Of a DNA stretch of 35,307 nucleotides, positions 24,417-32,830 are shown one piece after another. Made by a program: the position numbers and the translations under genes. This stretch comes from a virus. Its lineage: Duplodnaviria > Caudoviricetes. How positions within the stretch are numbered: position 1 is the stretch's first letter; each line of letters opens with the position of its first letter. The notes under the pieces are model-generated. The model was not told the origin of the DNA. It did not search any database and saw only the letters and a program-made list of their open reading frames with translations. Location: IMG/VR virus record IMGVR_UViG_3300033145_001818, positions 1 to 35,307 of that record; one strand, given 5' to 3'.

Positions 24417-25142
24417 ATGGCCGGCAATAGCGGTCACAATTTAAGTATATCAAAACACAGGCGCGGCTGCCGGCTGCCTCACGAATGTTCCGGTGTGGGG
24501 GATAATTATGCAAAATCGGGGGAAGTCAAAATCTACCGGCTTACTCCAGAGGAAATAGCTGCCAGGTACGGCCCGCCGGTACAAATGGAGAAACCAAACC
24601 GAAAACTTAAAATCAACCGGGAATATCTGGAGAAGTACCTGCAGCATTTGACTGTCGCGGAAGTGGCCGTCCGGCTGCAGGTACCAAAAAAGATTGTGTT
24701 TGAACTGGCAGAGAAATACGGTTTGGAACTAGACGAGAAAAACCGCCTGAAAAAGGAGTGTGAAAACATGGATAAATTACCAAACGAACCTGAAACCGTG
24801 TCCTGGATAACACCCTACAAGCCGACAAAAAAATACCCGATAATCCGGTTTTACGAGAGGGGTATATCGTTAAACCTTGCCGCCATCCGGGATATGGACG
24901 GTGTGCGGCATCTAAAAGTTGGCGTGGTTAGTAAAACCATCATCCTCGCGCCGACCGAAGAAAGCGCAAAGTGTTACAAATTGGGCAAAGCGAGTAAGAA
25001 TAATACCACGATCAAAATCGGCGGGGGCATGCTAGCAAAGCAGCTAACGGCGCGCGATATCAAGTACGGCCGGTATCGGCTGACCAAAAACGAGGCAAAA
25101 GGGTGGTGGGAAGCCCAAACAGCGGAAGGAGGGCGCAGCTAA
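24417..25142 (+). CDS. Hypothetical protein with central HTH-like segment
   Basis: LTVAEVAVRLQVPKKIVFELAEKYGL; AAGGTG upstream. Confidence 0.7.
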   Translation: MAGNSGHNLSISKHRRGCRLPHECSGVGDNYAKSGEVKIYRLTPEEIAARYGPPVQMEKPNRKLKINREYLEKYLQHLTVAEVAVRLQVPKKIVFELAEKYGLELDEKNRLKKECENMDKLPNEPETVSWITPYKPTKKYPIIRFYERGISLNLAAIRDMDGVRHLKVGVVSKTIILAPTEESAKCYKLGKASKNNTTIKIGGGMLAKQLTARDIKYGRYRLTKNEAKGWWEAQTAEGGRS

Positions 25143-25615
25143 TGGGAATCAGTTTCACCGCTTACGGCCAGCCCATCCCGAAGGCCCGTGCCCGGACGGT
25201 ACGCCTGCCAAACGGCATAGTGCGGTCATACACGCCGAAAAAAACGGCCAGCTGGGAAGAAAGCATCCGGACACAAGCGTTGGATTACAGGCCGGAGAAG
25301 CTGTTGGACGGACCGCTTGAGCTGGAAGCGACATTCTATTTGTTGAAACCTAAGTCGAGGCCGAAGAAGCATATATACCCAGCCACCAAACCGGACCTGG
25401 ACAACCTTTGCAAAAGCGTAACTGACGCTCTAGAAGGGTTGATATATACCAACGACAGTCGTTTTGTAGACAAAATCATCCGCAAGCGCTACGGAGATCC
25501 GCCCAGGGTGGAGGTCGAGATTCGGGAGGCGGGACATCGAGAAAAACCGGCGCCGTGGTTATTATCCCCCGCTTCAACAATAACGAAAGAAGAGAGAGAG
25601 GAGGAGGAGGAATGA
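25142..25615 (+). CDS. rusA: RusA-like Holliday junction resolvase
   Basis: GQPIPKARAR, YTP, KPDLDNLCKSVTDALEG..DS. Confidence 0.92.
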   Translation: MGISFTAYGQPIPKARARTVRLPNGIVRSYTPKKTASWEESIRTQALDYRPEKLLDGPLELEATFYLLKPKSRPKKHIYPATKPDLDNLCKSVTDALEGLIYTNDSRFVDKIIRKRYGDPPRVEVEIREAGHREKPAPWLLSPASTITKEEREEEEE

Positions 25616-26955
25616 AAGTATTATCTTTATGTTCGGGTATAGGCGGATTTGAAATCGCTTGCGAATGGGCAGGCATGGGAATAGTTGGACAAGTTGAGAT
25701 AGACCCCTTTTGCTTGAGGGTTTTAGAAAAACATTGGCCTAAAGTAAGGCGCATTCCAGATGTGAAAGATGTTAGGGGTGATGAGTTTGGAACAGTTGAC
25801 ATTATTGTCGCAGGAATCCCTTGCCAACCTTACAGTGTGGCCGGGAAGCGAAAAGGCAATAAAGATGACCGCGCAATCTGGCCAGAAGTGTCTAGAATTA
25901 TACAAAAAGCAAGGCCCGCTTGGTGTGTTATTGAAAATGTTACTGGTTTTGTATCCTTGGCACTCGACGATGCGCTATCTGACTTGGAAAGTGAAGGCTA
26001 CGAAACAGCAGCGTTTGTTATTCCGGCTTGTGCCGTCGGCGCCCCGCACAGAAGGGACAGGGTCTGGATTTTGGCGCATTCCGCAGGCACACAACGCAAC
26101 GCAGGGGCCGAAGAGCAAAGAGTTTTACGAAGAATGCCTGCGGACGGGCAAGAGTGCAATAACGCTGACGGATCAAGCGAGGCACAGCCCGGGAAGAATG
26201 TTGTGGGCTACGCCAAACGCGAGGGATTACAAAGGTATGACGACTTTCAAAAATCAGCCCTGTTTACCAAACCAGATAAAGATGTGGCCGACACCCCATG
26301 CCAACTGCCATACGGGAGCGGGGATGCAAGGGCGCGAAGGTGGGATAAATCTTCAGACAGCAACTGGTGGGAGCCTCAATCCGGATTGGGTGAATCTGTT
26401 GCAAGGATTTCCACCACACTGGACGGAGGTGGAATAGTTGGCTTATCCGCTTATCCGAATAGACGGGAACCCTGCCAACAACAATCCCTCGAACCTGATG
26501 ACGTTATGCGGCTCTTGTCACACCCGATGGCACTGGCAGAATGGGAAAAAGCAATTAAAGAAGCAATCGGTCTGCAAAATTTGCGGAGAGCCTGCAAGGA
26601 AATTGGGTATGTGTGGGAAACATTACCAGCGTTTCAAGAAATATGGCAGCCCCTACCTTACAAAGATAAGATGTGGATCGCATTCCGTGTTAGTGGACGA
26701 ACGCCTTGGCCCGCTCCCTTCGGATGCGAGCAGTACGGCTGGGAACCGCCGCGCTTAGTGAGCGGCAAGGTGCCGTACCGCAGACAGAAGTTACAGGCTT
26801 TGGGCAACGCAGTTGTACCGCAGGTGGCATATGTATTCTTTACAGCTATCCTGGTAGCGGAACAACAATCGGCAGAAAAGGAACAGTACCCCCCCCTAAC
26901 CCGCAACATTATTAGGGCGAAAAAGGTAGTAGTTATTGGAGGTGGATGTGATTAG
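25612..26955 (+). CDS. C5 cytosine methyltransferase, alpha chain (motifs I-VIII and X)
   Basis: LCSGIGG, EID, GIPCQPYS, ENV, GAPHRRDRVWI, LGNAVVP; motif IX not seen in this frame. Confidence 0.92.
   Translation: MKVLSLCSGIGGFEIACEWAGMGIVGQVEIDPFCLRVLEKHWPKVRRIPDVKDVRGDEFGTVDIIVAGIPCQPYSVAGKRKGNKDDRAIWPEVSRIIQKARPAWCVIENVTGFVSLALDDALSDLESEGYETAAFVIPACAVGAPHRRDRVWILAHSAGTQRNAGAEEQRVLRRMPADGQECNNADGSSEAQPGKNVVGYAKREGLQRYDDFQKSALFTKPDKDVADTPCQLPYGSGDARARRWDKSSDSNWWEPQSGLGESVARISTTLDGGGIVGLSAYPNRREPCQQQSLEPDDVMRLLSHPMALAEWEKAIKEAIGLQNLRRACKEIGYVWETLPAFQEIWQPLPYKDKMWIAFRVSGRTPWPAPFGCEQYGWEPPRLVSGKVPYRRQKLQALGNAVVPQVAYVFFTAILVAEQQSAEKEQYPPLTRNIIRAKKVVVIGGGCD
25781..26437 (+). CDS. C5 methyltransferase beta chain in overlapping +1 frame (motif IX)
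   Basis: AGGGGTG upstream of ATG; LWATPNARDYKG, WPTP, LNPDWVNLLQGFP. Confidence 0.8.
   Translation: MSLEQLTLLSQESLANLTVWPGSEKAIKMTAQSGQKCLELYKKQGPLGVLLKMLLVLYPWHSTMRYLTWKVKATKQQRLLFRLVPSAPRTEGTGSGFWRIPQAHNATQGPKSKEFYEECLRTGKSAITLTDQARHSPGRMLWATPNARDYKGMTTFKNQPCLPNQIKMWPTPHANCHTGAGMQGREGGINLQTATGGSLNPDWVNLLQGFPPHWTEVE
26438..26758 (+). pseudogene. HNH endonuclease fragment nested in the MTase gene
   Basis: IDGNPANNNPSNLMTLCGSCH and CKIC..CGKHYQR; GGAGG upstream; first HNH His absent. Confidence 0.6.
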
Positions 26956-27375
26956 ATGACTTGTCCAACGGTTTACCTCGCCGGTAGTATAAACTGCCAC
27001 CGCGATTGGAAGTTTGTCGCCGGGTGGCGGGCGCACGCGGCAGAGGTGTTGGGAGCGGCTGGTTACCGCGTGCTTAACCCGCTCCGGGGCCGGAAGCCCA
27101 CGGACACGAATACAGCAGCCATTGTAGAACGGGATTTCCGCGACATTAGCCAATCAGACATCGTGCTTGTGGAGATGGATTACGCGGATAAGGCATACAT
27201 CGGGACGGCTATGGAAATCCGGTATGCCTGGGAGCGCGGGAAGGAGATAACCCTGTGGGGACGTGTTAACCGGGAAAGCCACTGGCTTAAATATCACGCA
27301 ACCTGGTGGTTTGACACCTTGGACCAGGCATTGAATCATCTCAACAAATCACGTAGAAGACAGAAAGGGGAGTAA
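26956..27375 (+). CDS. Nucleoside 2-deoxyribosyltransferase-like protein
   Basis: VYLAG, LNP, IVERD..DI..SDIVLV, GTAMEIRYA. Confidence 0.85.
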   Translation: MTCPTVYLAGSINCHRDWKFVAGWRAHAAEVLGAAGYRVLNPLRGRKPTDTNTAAIVERDFRDISQSDIVLVEMDYADKAYIGTAMEIRYAWERGKEITLWGRVNRESHWLKYHATWWFDTLDQALNHLNKSRRRQKGE

Positions 27376-27378
27376 CAT

Positions 27379-27882
27379 TTGAGAGATATTTTAAAAATTT
27401 TAAAAAAACATGCTAAATGGTTGAGAGGAGAAGAAGGTGGGGAAAGAGCAGATCTTCGGGGGACAGACCTGCGGAAGGCAGACCTGCGGAAGGCAGACCT
27501 GCGGAAGGCAGACCTGCGGGAGGCAGACCTTTGGTGGGCAGACCTGCGGAGGGCAGACCTTCGGTGGGCAGACCTTCGGGGGGCAGACCTGCGGGAGGCA
27601 GACCTTCGGTGGGCAGACCTTCGGTGGGCAGACCTTTGGGGGGCAAATCTGAAAGGGGCAGACCTTCGGGGGGCGAACCTCGATTTCAGCTGTTTCCCGC
27701 TGTGGTGTGGTAGTTTCGGCATGATAGTTGACGAAAAACTTGTTTACCAACTGCTATATCACATAGCTAGACTTGATGTCAGGACGGAGGATGCGGAATT
27801 GAAAGAATTCCTGGCGAGTGACACATTTAAGAAACTGGCGAATAAATTTCACCGGGTGAAGGAGTGTGGTGAGATTAGCTAA
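27379..27882 (+). CDS. Pentapeptide repeat protein
   Basis: Tandem ADLRx units encoded by 15-bp repeats; [15 protein letters not shown] start. Confidence 0.92.
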   Translation: MRDILKILKKHAKWLRGEEGGERADLRGTDLRKADLRKADLRKADLREADLWWADLRRADLRWADLRGADLREADLRWADLRWADLWGANLKGADLRGANLDFSCFPLWCGSFGMIVDEKLVYQLLYHIARLDVRTEDAELKEFLASDTFKKLANKFHRVKECGEIS

Positions 27883-27912
27883 TCAGAAATCCAGGGGGGG
27901 GGATAACGGCAG

Positions 27913-28101
27913 ATGCGAGAAACAATTGATTTGAACACCGAACTACTGGAAGTTCTAAAAGAAGTCAGCGATTACTTTGCTTACAAATGTAGGAGCGACT
28001 GCCCTTTTTCACTGTGCGAGGGGCGAAGGTGTGATATATACCCTGTCAAAAGGAAGGTGCGAGTTTTATTGGAGGGAGGAGTAAAAAATGGACGTAATTA
28101 G
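27913..28101 (+). CDS. Small Cys-containing hypothetical protein
   Basis: 62-aa co-oriented ORF. Confidence 0.6.
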   Translation: MRETIDLNTELLEVLKEVSDYFAYKCRSDCPFSLCEGRRCDIYPVKRKVRVLLEGGVKNGRN

Positions 28102-28189
28102 GCTTTATTAGCAAGAAAGCCGGTCGCCTGCTGGACGGGCGAGAGTGGAACGAGATGCCGAGATAAGAGAAAAGGGAGGAAACGAGCTA

Positions 28190-28546
28190 ATGGTTTTGTG
28201 GAAGTGCCCAAAATGCGGAAAGGCATATTACAGTGCATGGGAAAGGCCAGTCCAAAAGACGGTTGAATGCCCAGATTGTAGGACGGACGTGGGAAATCCG
28301 TATTATCGGGGGCAGCGAGTTAAAAAACTTGAAGATGTAGCTGATGCGGCAAAAAATGTCTTTCAAACTTATTTCAATCGTTGTTTGTATTTTTCTTCTA
28401 GAGATAAGCGCAATAGTTTTTCGTGTTACGACTTTGCCGCCGGCTATTGTAGAGATTGTGAAGAAAAGATGAATAATGCATGGGACAAGCTGGAAGAGGC
28501 CTTAACTGCACTTGCGGGAGAGCGGGAGAAAGGAAATCCGTCATAG
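28190..28546 (+). CDS. Zinc-ribbon protein
   Basis: GGGAGG RBS; CPKC..CPDC..NPY. Confidence 0.7.
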   Translation: MVLWKCPKCGKAYYSAWERPVQKTVECPDCRTDVGNPYYRGQRVKKLEDVADAAKNVFQTYFNRCLYFSSRDKRNSFSCYDFAAGYCRDCEEKMNNAWDKLEEALTALAGEREKGNPS

Positions 28547-28594
28547 ACCCCACGGCTAAAACCGGGGGCATCCACGCGGCAGAAAGGTTGGTGA
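28540..28594 (+). mobile_element. 55-bp IS200/IS605 (IscB-type) end-hairpin footprint, copy 2
   Basis: Direct repeat of 22220-22274 with one mismatch. Confidence 0.65.
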
Positions 28595-28607
28595 GGAGGC
28601 AAATGTC

Positions 28608-28781
28608 ATGCTAGATTGGGATGAGGCTGAGCGGCATTTAAAAGCTTGCGAGGCCATGTATGCGGCAATAGGCAGTGCAGGGTTACTCACCCTGATGTGC
28701 GTTATTATCCCCTTGAGGGATCGCTTTAATTCGGGCGAACGAACCAAAGAGTTACATGAGGCGGTCATGAATATTGCATAA
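28608..28781 (+). CDS. 57-aa hypothetical protein; not in ORF track
   Basis: GAGGAGG RBS; MLDWDEAERHLKACE..RFNSGERTKELHEAVMNIA. Confidence 0.7.
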   Translation: MLDWDEAERHLKACEAMYAAIGSAGLLTLMCVIIPLRDRFNSGERTKELHEAVMNIA

Positions 28782-28817
28782 TATTGCATTGTGATATAGA
28801 GGAACGGAGGTGTGGAA

Positions 28818-29006
28818 ATGAGCAGAACACGAGATAAAAAGCGGAGTGACTACTACGGTGATGTTGTTTATGAGGTATGGCGGCACGGCGGGGATCCCGA
28901 CATGGTTGACTATGACAGATTGGATGACTACCGCTATGAGGGTTTATATCCTGATGAAGCGACTTCCCGCGAATTGCGTAGACAGTCACATTGGGACAGT
29001 GAATAG
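28818..29006 (+). CDS. Small acidic hypothetical protein
   Basis: GGAGGTG RBS; DVVYEVWRHGGDPDMVDYDR. Confidence 0.7.
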   Translation: MSRTRDKKRSDYYGDVVYEVWRHGGDPDMVDYDRLDDYRYEGLYPDEATSRELRRQSHWDSE

Positions 29007-29009
29007 TGG

Positions 29010-29207
29010 ATGGAGGCAAGAATATTGGGACGTTATATCCTATACGTTTTACGCTGGATGGTGCTGGCCATTCCTGGCGCGTGGTTTTTGGTGCAGGTGC
29101 AAGGTGTTATTGAAGATGTATACATTGCGATGATAGTCAGCCAGGGCGTTTTAGGAGCAGTAGTGTATTTCATAGACCGGTGGATATTCCTTAGAGGAGC
29201 CAGATAG
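29010..29207 (+). CDS. Small two-TM membrane protein, GtrA-like
   Basis: RYILYVLRW and GAVVYFIDRWIF with two hydrophobic helices. Confidence 0.65.
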   Translation: MEARILGRYILYVLRWMVLAIPGAWFLVQVQGVIEDVYIAMIVSQGVLGAVVYFIDRWIFLRGAR

Positions 29208-29564
29208 AAGGTGGGAAAATGTAGTTTCAATTCCTCATAGGTAGGCTGAAAACAATGAAATGCTGGGAGAAGCCTTAACTGTACTTACGGAAAGATAAAG
29301 CGCAGTTTGTTTAAACTGTGCAGAAAGAAAGGATGGTAAGAATTGAATGATTGTATTTGGTCTTGGATTATGATATGCGAATGCAAAAACGGCAAATGCG
29401 ATAAGTATTTATCAATTAATAGCCAAGAAGGTAATGAGATTGAAAAACAGTACAGCAAAGATGTTCAGGCAGCACTTGTACAGGTAAGAGAAAAGTACAG
29501 AGAAAAATTCCTTTAATACGCATAATAAAGATGAAGTACTATGTTTAAATGCATAGTAAGGCGG

Positions 29565-30440
29565 GTGGTTAAAATACAGATTTGCCTGGTAGATGTTGAT
29601 AGCAAAATACCAAACTTGGCATTGATGAAAATTAGTGCCTGGCATAAAGCGCGGGGGGATAAGGTTAAATTTTACGATCCCCTATTTGATAAGCCAGATC
29701 TTATATATGCAGCTAAAGTTTTTGATTACACATCAGATTATCTATACTTCCCGCAGGGTATCTCAGTCATAAAGGGCGGTACTGGCTATGATATAAGAAT
29801 TAAACTGCCCCCTGAAATTGAAGTAGTATACCCGGATTACGAGCTTTATCAATGCAAATACGCTCTAGGATTTACCAGCCGGGGTTGTATACGAAAATGC
29901 TCTTTTTGCATAGTGCCAGAAAAGGAGGGTTATATTCGGGCCGTAGGAGACTTATATAGCTTCTGGCGAGGGCAGGAAACGGTTAAATTGCTTGATAATA
30001 ATCTGACGGCTTTGCCAGAGTATTTTGAAACTGTAGTTAAGCAATTAATTAAAGAAAAAGTCAAGGTAGATTTTAATCAAGGACTGGATATACGCCTAAT
30101 AACTCCGGAAATGGCGCAATTGTTGGCAAAGGTGAATTTATGGAAACAAATTCATTTTGCCTGGGATGATATTAGAATTGAAAAGGCAGTAAGACGGGGG
30201 ATTAACATATTAGTACAAAATGGGGTAGCGAAACATAAGATTATGTTCTATGTGTTGATCGGTTTTAACAGTACACCGGAGGAAGATTTATACAGGGTAG
30301 AAACGTTGCGAGGGTTGGGAGTTGACCCGTTTATAATGCCGTACAACCGCAACGATAAATACCAACGTAGGTTCGCTAGATGGGTTAATCACAAAGCTAT
30401 ATTTAAGAGCGTTAAATGGCAGGATTATAAAGCTAATTAA
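29565..30440 (+). CDS. Radical SAM protein
   Basis: TSRGCIRKCSFCIVP (CxxxCxxC), PNLALMK, LLDNN, DFNQGLD. Confidence 0.9.
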   Translation: MVKIQICLVDVDSKIPNLALMKISAWHKARGDKVKFYDPLFDKPDLIYAAKVFDYTSDYLYFPQGISVIKGGTGYDIRIKLPPEIEVVYPDYELYQCKYALGFTSRGCIRKCSFCIVPEKEGYIRAVGDLYSFWRGQETVKLLDNNLTALPEYFETVVKQLIKEKVKVDFNQGLDIRLITPEMAQLLAKVNLWKQIHFAWDDIRIEKAVRRGINILVQNGVAKHKIMFYVLIGFNSTPEEDLYRVETLRGLGVDPFIMPYNRNDKYQRRFARWVNHKAIFKSVKWQDYKAN

Positions 30441-30534
30441 AATACAGGAAAATTTTATGAAGGAGGGAGGCAAGAATGGCTAAATATCGCAAAAAGCCTG
30501 TGAGTGGGCTACCTAGGAGAAAATAAAAGGGAGG

Positions 30535-30747
30535 GTGTTTAAATTGCAGAGCATACTATTTTTTGCAGCAGCAGCAGTGCTGATAGTGTGTTGTTATTAC
30601 ACCGTCCGCATAAATCGTAGGCCGAAACATACTATACCCGACGGCGTTAAACTGTTCTGTGCCCGGTGCGGCTACCAGGTGACCGGTCCGACGGAAACCC
30701 TTATCTGCCCGCGGTGCGGGGAGTATTTAGACGTTCGTGTGCTTTGA
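30535..30747 (+). CDS. Membrane-anchored zinc-ribbon protein
   Basis: N-terminal TM; CARC..CPRC; GGGAGG RBS. Confidence 0.7.
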   Translation: MFKLQSILFFAAAAVLIVCCYYTVRINRRPKHTIPDGVKLFCARCGYQVTGPTETLICPRCGEYLDVRVL

Positions 30748-30941
30748 AAGCGTGTGTGCTTTGAAAGCGCGTGGGCGATTTTAAGGGGGTGATATATGAC
30801 AATTAACTGAGTGCCCAACACCCTTGTTCCGGGGAGTCGCCCGGATTGACATTATCCGGTGCCTGGGACTAGCGGCGAGTAACTATCATTATCTAACAGT
30901 GGTTTACAATAGTAGTGTGATAGTAGTGCGAAATGTATTAA

Positions 30942-30982
30942 TCCCCGCCCCATGGGGGCGTCGGGGCGGGGAAGTTTTTTTT
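30942..30982 (+). terminator. GC-rich hairpin with T-run
   Basis: ccccgcccc...ggggcgggg-aag-tttttttt. Confidence 0.55.
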
Positions 30983-31001
30983 AAAGGGAGGGAAGGCAAA
31001 A

Positions 31002-31259
31002 ATGGAGCAAAAACCAAAAAACGGGTTGTTGTTTAAAGGGTCAAAAGAGCTTGCCCCTTTCGTTGCTTTTGGTTACTACACAGCAGCGATTCGTGGCGAG
31101 ATCCCTCCGGTTTTGAGCCGGAAGCACGTCCGGAAATGGCTCGAATCCAGGGGTTGGGTACAAGAAAGGCGCACTAGGGCGAGTGACGTTAGACATATTG
31201 AGCAATATCGAACTTGGATCAAAAACATGACCAGGGAGGTAGTGGATTTTCTTCAATAG
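31002..31259 (+). CDS. Hypothetical protein
   Basis: GGGAGG RBS; 85 aa. Confidence 0.65.
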   Translation: MEQKPKNGLLFKGSKELAPFVAFGYYTAAIRGEIPPVLSRKHVRKWLESRGWVQERRTRASDVRHIEQYRTWIKNMTREVVDFLQ

Positions 31260-31447
31260 ACACTGCGGGAATGTACAGGTGGGACCCCTCTGGGCGAGTT
31301 ACAATAGATATATTCACAACCCTGGGTTAGTATAGGTCAACACAAATGCCACATTCGCCCCACATTCGCCTGTTAACCACTTGATAGGTTAAACCCATTT
31401 GGAAGGTGATTTTCGTCCAACACAGAGGGAATACGGAGGAATTAATA

Positions 31448-31720
31448 ATGAGGTTTACGCCTTCCCCAAAAATAAAAGACCTGCTCCTGGCTATGGCTAT
31501 TGTATTACTGATTGCGCAACTGTTCACCTGGATAACTAGCGAAATTCTGCTAAAACCCGCCGAAGATCCAAAACCACAAGCCAAACCTCAATACGAGCAA
31601 AAAATCCAAGAACTAGAACAGGAATTGGCAGAATTGAAAAAATCCCACGCTATGGCAATTAAAATTAACCAAGATCTGGACGAGCGTCTGAGCGTGGTCG
31701 AGGGGAGGAACACGCGTTGA
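31448..31720 (+). CDS. Single-TM coiled-coil protein
   Basis: GGAGG RBS; LLLAMAIVLLIAQLF, then heptads. Confidence 0.7.
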   Translation: MRFTPSPKIKDLLLAMAIVLLIAQLFTWITSEILLKPAEDPKPQAKPQYEQKIQELEQELAELKKSHAMAIKINQDLDERLSVVEGRNTR

Positions 31721-31896
31721 AAGTAGGATGCAGGTGGTTCCAGCCGATTAACCCGATCGCTTACTGCCGGCATCATCGTCTCTTTATGAGCAATCGGCAG
31801 ATAAGAATCAAAGACTGTCTTAACCGCAAAAAGAAAAACCGCCGCCGGGCCAAAGGCCGCCGGTGCAGGCACTTGAAGATATTTGACGACACTTAA
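31717..31896 (+). CDS. 59-aa basic Cys/His protein; not in ORF track
   Basis: TTG overlapping the previous stop, GGAGG RBS; MKVGCRWFQPINPIAYCRHH..CRHLKIFDDT. Confidence 0.55.
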   Translation: MKVGCRWFQPINPIAYCRHHRLFMSNRQIRIKDCLNRKKKNRRRAKGRRCRHLKIFDDT

Positions 31897-32056
31897 ACTT
31901 CCCCTGGCTCCCGGCGGCAATTCATAAAGAACTAAAAATAATAACATGGCCGAATATATAGGCTGGAAACAGTCGGAATTATTGAAACGATTACCCGACA
32001 AGCGCATAAAACCCGCAGGCCACAGATAACCGATATGCTACTGATTTCGCGAGGGG

Positions 32057-32560
32057 GTGGACAGGCTGGCAGAGATACCGTTAGATGAAGAAAAGGTAAG
32101 GGACAATCAGATAATAACCGAGTGGATTCTCCATTACCACGAGCGAAAAAGAAAATACAACCAGCGCCGAGAGGAGATCCTCGAAAGCTCGAGAGGATCG
32201 CAAATATCCGAAGTGCCGGGTCGGACAAAGTATAAAACTTCTGACACGACCGGCAACAAGGGTCAGAAACTGGCGGATTTATCAAAAACTGAACGCTGGC
32301 TTGCTTTTATCGAGGAACTAGAGCGCCGTCTGCCTTGGAAAATGCAGATCATTATGCGCTTGAGGCAGGAAAGCAGGTATTCGCGTACGTGGGGAGGGTA
32401 CTGGATCATATATGTCCAAAGACGCTATGCAGAAGAATTGGCAGCACTTTTCAGAAAAAGGGTGCAAGACGTTTGGGTGAGCGAGGAATCGATAAGAGCC
32501 TACTGGCGCATGATTCTTGAATACGCCGGGAGACTGGCGGCGAAAAAGGGGCTCCTATAA
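32057..32560 (+). CDS. Putative late transcriptional activator (RinA/ArpU-like)
   Basis: SDTTGNKG..LA..ERWL..IE pattern; last gene of the plus-strand block. Confidence 0.6.
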   Translation: MDRLAEIPLDEEKVRDNQIITEWILHYHERKRKYNQRREEILESSRGSQISEVPGRTKYKTSDTTGNKGQKLADLSKTERWLAFIEELERRLPWKMQIIMRLRQESRYSRTWGGYWIIYVQRRYAEELAALFRKRVQDVWVSEESIRAYWRMILEYAGRLAAKKGLL

Positions 32561-32565
32561 TTGCA

Positions 32566-32618
32566 AAAAAATATTAAGCCCGCTGTTCGCACGGCAGGTC
32601 AACTGCTGGAACAGCGGG
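32566..32618. terminator. Hairpin between convergent genes
   Basis: cccgctgttc...gaacagcggg with an A-tract to the left. Confidence 0.5.
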
Positions 32619-32628
32619 GAGTTGTATA

Positions 32629-32817
32629 CTATTTCCCCTTTCCCCCTCCGAATGTCTGCGGCATTTTTTTCCCAATGAAAAATGTCAGAATGGCGAAGAA
32701 CCAGGACTTCATGTCCATGTCAAGCTCCATGCCCATGAAATACGCCGCAATAATTGCGCCCAAAATAATCAACCCAAACCCCACGGCAACAATATCAACA
32801 AAATCATAATCACCCAC
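32629..32817 (-). CDS. Holin-like two-TM protein
   Basis: Two hydrophobic helices, FFIGKK basic tail, lysis-module context. Confidence 0.65.
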   Translation of the reverse strand: MGDYDFVDIVAVGFGLIILGAIIAAYFMGMELDMDMKSWFFAILTFFIGKKMPQTFGGGKGK

Positions 32818-32830
32818 TGCGTACCCCTCC

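Noticed and set aside
27445-27685. Tandem repeats as CRISPR array or DGR
   Set aside because: Contiguous 15-bp coding repeats with no spacers; no cas or reverse transcriptase gene. The overlapping ORFs in other frames are repeat artefacts.
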